Source of the DNA: the human T2T-CHM13v2.0 reference genome, Homo sapiens
Length of the DNA: 64,000 nt
Strand: one strand, 5' to 3'
NCBI RefSeq assembly: GCF_009914755.1
Contig: NC_060928.1
In this document: piece after piece, positions 60,061-64,000 of the stretch
Layout: every line of letters starts with the position of its first letter
How positions within the stretch are numbered: position 1 is the stretch's first letter
The notes under the pieces: model-generated
Databases searched by the model: none
Seen by the model: only the letters and a program-made list of their open reading frames with translations
Told to the model about the DNA's origin: nothing
Made by a program: the position numbers and the translations under genes

Positions 60061-60574
60061 TTATATATCATTTAATTGGGTAAATATACTTGACAGAGTA
60101 GTTGTCACTCCTTTATTCTGGGGTTTTATTCTGAGGTTTGTTGTTTTCCTTTTCCTCTTTGTTCATGCCGTCAAGTGTTTTGACTGCACATTCTGATCTG
60201 GAAACAATCCATAAGTTTTGTAAATACTACTTAGTATACAAGTAATTTAAATATTCTGGGAATTTCCAAACAAAGTTGTATGCATGTTATGAAGATAAAA
60301 TGTAAAGCATTCTGGGAAAAGGCTTTTCTTTTCCTATCATGTCCCTTCCTAAATCAGAAGACCAAGGCAAAGCCTCAGATGAAGCTCTTTTTATTTCAAA
60401 ACTTGTCCTCTAAGATTCACACTTTTCTTGGGTTAGAAAAGTAATTAGGTACTTTTTGATCAAAAGGTCTCTGCTTGACTCTAGACTCCATGGGTATAGA
60501 AATACATAAAAAGAGATGAAACGAAGGACATTAAAATCTCCTCTGCATAATTATGCTAATAACTGGAAAACAAG

Positions 60575-61212
60575 GAACATCATCAGACAATGAAAGGTCA
60601 ACACAGAGAACAGGAGGAAATATTTGCAAATTATATATCTGACGGGGCCTTGTATATAGAAAATACAAATAACTCTTACAACTCAATAATAAAAAGACAA
60701 GTAACTCAATTATAAGATAGGCAAAGAATATGAATAGACAGTTCTCCAAAACAGACTGACACACAGCCAACAAGCACATGGAAAGATGTCCGCATCATTA
60801 GTCACAGGGAAATTCAAATCAAAGCCACAATGAGATACCACTTCATACCCACTAGGATGACTAGAATCAAAAAAGTAAGATACTAACAAACGTTAGTGAG
60901 GATGTGGAGAAATTGGAGCCCTCATACACTGCTGGTAGGAATGTAAAATGGTGCAACCATTAAGAAAATAGTCCGACAGTTCCTGAAAAGATTAAATATA
61001 AAGTTGCCATATGAACCACCAATTCCTCTCCTAAGCATATACCATGAGAAATGAAAATATATGTCCATACAAAAACATGAGCATGAATGCTTATGGCAGC
61101 ATTATTTACAATAGCCAAAGGTGGAAACAAACCAGATGTTCAACAAATGAATGGAAAAATAAAATGTGGTATATCCATATGATGGAATATTATTTCATAA
61201 TAAAAAGAAATA
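60575..61212 (+). mobile_element. L1MB-like ORF2 3' / 3' UTR fragment
   Basis: aaatatttgcaaattatatatctgac...caatgagataccacttcatacccactaggatg...gaggatgtggagaaattggagccctcatacactgctgg. Confidence 0.88.
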
Positions 61213-61213
61213 A

Positions 61214-61476
61214 GGCCGGACATGGTGGCTCATGCCTGTAATCCCAGCATTTGGGAGGCCAAGGTGGGAGGGCCAGGAGTTCAAGATCAGTCTGGGAAAC
61301 ATAGTGAGAACCCTGTCTCTATAAAAACAAAATAAAAAATTAGCCAGACCTAGTGGCATGTGACTGTGGACCCATACTTGGGATGCTGAGGCAGAAAGAT
61401 CCCTTGAACCCAGGAGTTCAAGACTGCAGTGAGCTATGATCACTCTACTACACTCCAGCCTAGTTGAAAAAAAAAA
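61214..61476 (+). mobile_element. AluJ
   Basis: ggccggacatggtggctcatgcctgtaatcccagca...gactgcagtgagctatgatc; shortened 3' end. Confidence 0.92.
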
Positions 61477-61499
61477 TCTACTGCCATAGACAGTCAATC

Positions 61500-61795
61500 A
61501 GGACTTGCATCTGTACAGCTCACAGTCCAAGAAGAAAGAAAGAGCATGTGCTATCTCTCCAGGTTTTATGTGTGAAATTCCTAATTCCTGAGAAACACTT
61601 TGATTGGCCTGGCTCAGGTACGGGTCCATGACAGGCAAACCCACATGACCTGAGATTGGAGCCCCATGTGTGGCTGGGCAGGTTTGTGTTAGTTGCCAAG
61701 GGAGTGGAGGCCAGGCTTCCTGAACTACGTATAATTAGGGGAGGAGCAGTTTCCTAAAAGAAAAGACACTGGAGGACCAAAACAACAAATGCCCA
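61500..61795 (-). mobile_element. old MLT1 fragment
   Basis: tgattggcctggctcaggt...ggaggagcagtttcctaaaagaaa. Confidence 0.45.
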
Positions 61796-63323
61796 TATAC
61801 TGGACTTAAGGAACGTTAGAAAAGTTTTTACCCACCAGAAAATGTCACTTAGAATCTGTTCCTTAAACCAGCCAATGTTCTTATTTGAATGGAACAGAAA
61901 TAAGGAGATTGACTTGGGGACAGAGAAGTTTGCAGTACATTTCTAAAAATACTTTCTTGCATAACCTCTCAAATCCAATTAAACGCAGAGCCACATTTTG
62001 GTGTGTGCTTCTAGGAGAACTCAGATTAAGACAGCAAGACAGGGAATGTAAGGTTGCTGGGCTGACAAGCTCTAGGAACAACCAAACTATAGAAAGGATC
62101 AGAAACCTCTACTGTGTAAACTATAAAGGTTTATGTGCCTGTTTGTTCTTTAAAGTTTATATATATATATGTTCCTGTCTCGGCTGTGTTAGGGAAAACT
62201 AAAGGAAAGGCCTTTGCTTAGGTGTGAGTCGGAGCCTTAAACCTAAACCGGAAGAGCCACAGAGATCAAGGGCTGCACGGTCAGACTATAGGCACAATTA
62301 AAATGGGAGAATGTCAGAGGCAAAAGAGGCTTACTCGATCCAGTCACCTCTTGACCAACATGTTCTCTACCTGGGGCTAAATCTTAGAGATTGTGGGTTT
62401 TGTCTTAATAAAGGAGATGTTCCCCAGAATTCCTGTCTCTCCTAACCCACCACTTTCCCTGTTCTCAGGCAAGTTTATTTTATATGCCATAGTGGCAATG
62501 AAAGTTATGCACAATGAGGTTGAGTGCAGTTTAGTCTATGAGTCAATAGAGATGCCTAAAATTATGAAATAAAATAGATTGTAGGACGAAAAATGTTTCT
62601 TCCACTGTGAACATATTAAGCCCAGTTGCTTCTTTATTCTTTAGTACATTGTTACAGCAGTGAAGGCAGCCATGGAGATGTTGTACTAATACAATATTTT
62701 TCTACGATGATTTACCATGTCATTAACATTTTAGCTCACTTGTTGCAGCTTTCACATTGAGCCAAAATAGATGTGCACCTAAGTTTGTATTATTCACCTT
62801 TCTTCACATGATTATCCACATTGAGAATGGTCAGATACGCTTTCCTGCTGGGTTCAGTCATGTTTAATCCTTTGATCCATTTTTTCCATTGATGTTTCCT
62901 TTTATATGATACTTGCTAATTAAAGTTAGTTCAGTCCCCACAGTATCTCTGAAGAAAGCAGCTCAGGGGAATACTTAATAATATAATCATATTATTCTCT
63001 CCATGTGACATTCATTATGATGTTATTAATGACTAGCTCAACTTCATAGAGGCATTGGCTTGTGGGATCTGAGTCAAGGTTTAGGGCCCAAGGCTGCAGC
63101 AAGACATGGTGAAATGTTTAGCCAGAATGACTGAAAACAATGTCATTAAGAATAAAAAGTAAAAATTGCGATCAAGAAAAAAAGCAGAAACCAGACCTAG
63201 AGAATCACTTGCAAACCTCAGGTTTTAGAACAGATATATGTCTGAAGAAATAAGTAAGTTGAGAGGTCAAATGCCTGGGCTGTCAAGAACAGATCTGGGA
63301 GCAGAGGGTAAGATAGGTCAGCT

Positions 63324-63930
63324 GGGGGAGGAGCCAAGATGGCCGAATAGGAACAGCTCCGGTCTACAGCTCCCAGCGTGAGCGACGCAGAAGACGGGTG
63401 ATTTCTGCATTTCCATCTGAGGTACCGGGTTCATCTCACTAGGGAGTGCCAGACAGAGGGCGCAGGTCAGTGGGTGCGCACACCATGCGCGAGCCAAAGC
63501 AGGGCAAGGCATTGCCTCACTTGGGAAGCGCAAGGGGTCAGGGAGTTCCCTTTCTGAGTCAAAGAAAGGGGTGACGGACGGCACCTGGAAAATCGGGTCA
63601 CTCCCACCCGAATACTGCGCTTTTCCGACGGGCTTAAAAAACGGTGCACCACGAGATTATATCCCTCACCTGGCTTGGAGGGTCCTACGCCCACGGAGTC
63701 TCGCTGATTGCTAGCACAGCAGTCTGAGATCAAACTGCAAGGCGGCAGTGAGGCTGGGGGAGGGGCGCCCGCCATTGCCCAGGCTTGCTTAGGTAAACAA
63801 AGCAGCCAGGAAGCTCCAACTGGGTGGAGCCCACCACAGCTCAAGGAGGCCTGCCTGCCTCTGTAGCCGCCACCTCTGGTGGCAGGGCACAGACAAACAA
63901 AAAGACAACAGTAACCTCTGCAGACTTAAA
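63324..63930. promoter_or_regulatory. L1 internal sense promoter (YY1 site at 63335-63344) and antisense promoter region
   Basis: Intact CAAGATGGCC motif in a CpG-rich 5' UTR; promoter function taken from known L1 biology. Confidence 0.75.
63467..63775 (-). CDS. L1 antisense ORF0, open, 102 aa
   Basis: MAGAPPPASLPPCSLISDCCASNQRDSVGVGPS...RVGVTRFSRC matches primate L1 ORF0; expression not shown. Confidence 0.6.
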   Translation of the reverse strand: MAGAPPPASLPPCSLISDCCASNQRDSVGVGPSKPGEGYNLVVHRFLSPSEKRSIRVGVTRFSRCRPSPLSLTQKGNSLTPCASQVRQCLALLWLAHGVRTH

Positions 63931-64000
63931 TGTCCCTGTCTGAAAGCTTTGAAGAGAGCAGTGGTTCTCCCAGCATGCAGCTGGAGATCTGAGAATGGGC

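Larger units (their letters stand above)
63324..64000 (+). mobile_element. young L1PA2-like LINE-1, 5' UTR (continues beyond the window)
   Basis: gggggaggagccaagatggccgaatagg start; many CpGs retained; L1PA2-type gtcagtgggtgcgc and aatactgcgcttttccgacgggc. Confidence 0.95.

Overview
This is primate genomic DNA (human or great-ape-like), AT-rich and dominated by interspersed repeats, most likely intergenic or deep intronic. I recognise no host protein-coding exon, RNA gene or CRISPR array. Nearly all long ORFs in the track are fragments of LINE-1 ORF1/ORF2, ERVL pol or Alu. The window holds about ten primate L1PA insertions: a full-length L1PA5/6 at 40373-46447, a 4 kb L1PA4-like element at 49685-53726, the 5' UTR of a young L1PA2-like element from 63324, and several truncated 3' ends. 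It also holds Alus, MaLR/ERVL/ERV1 LTR elements (THE1, MST, MLT1, LTR16 with ERVL internal, MER41A with internal), Tigger2a, MER58, L2, MIR and CR1 relics. I cannot support a new biological system. The best signals are mechanistic fossils: (1) two inverted L1s of different ages sharing many non-consensus variants, suggesting gene conversion; (2) two L1 3' transductions defined by target-site duplications (TSDs); (3) a young L1 3' end inserted at the homologous position of an older L1; (4) several local templated duplications; (5) an intact, extended L1 ORF0 with a strengthened splice donor. Subfamily names come from recalled consensus sequences, and boundaries of old elements are approximate.
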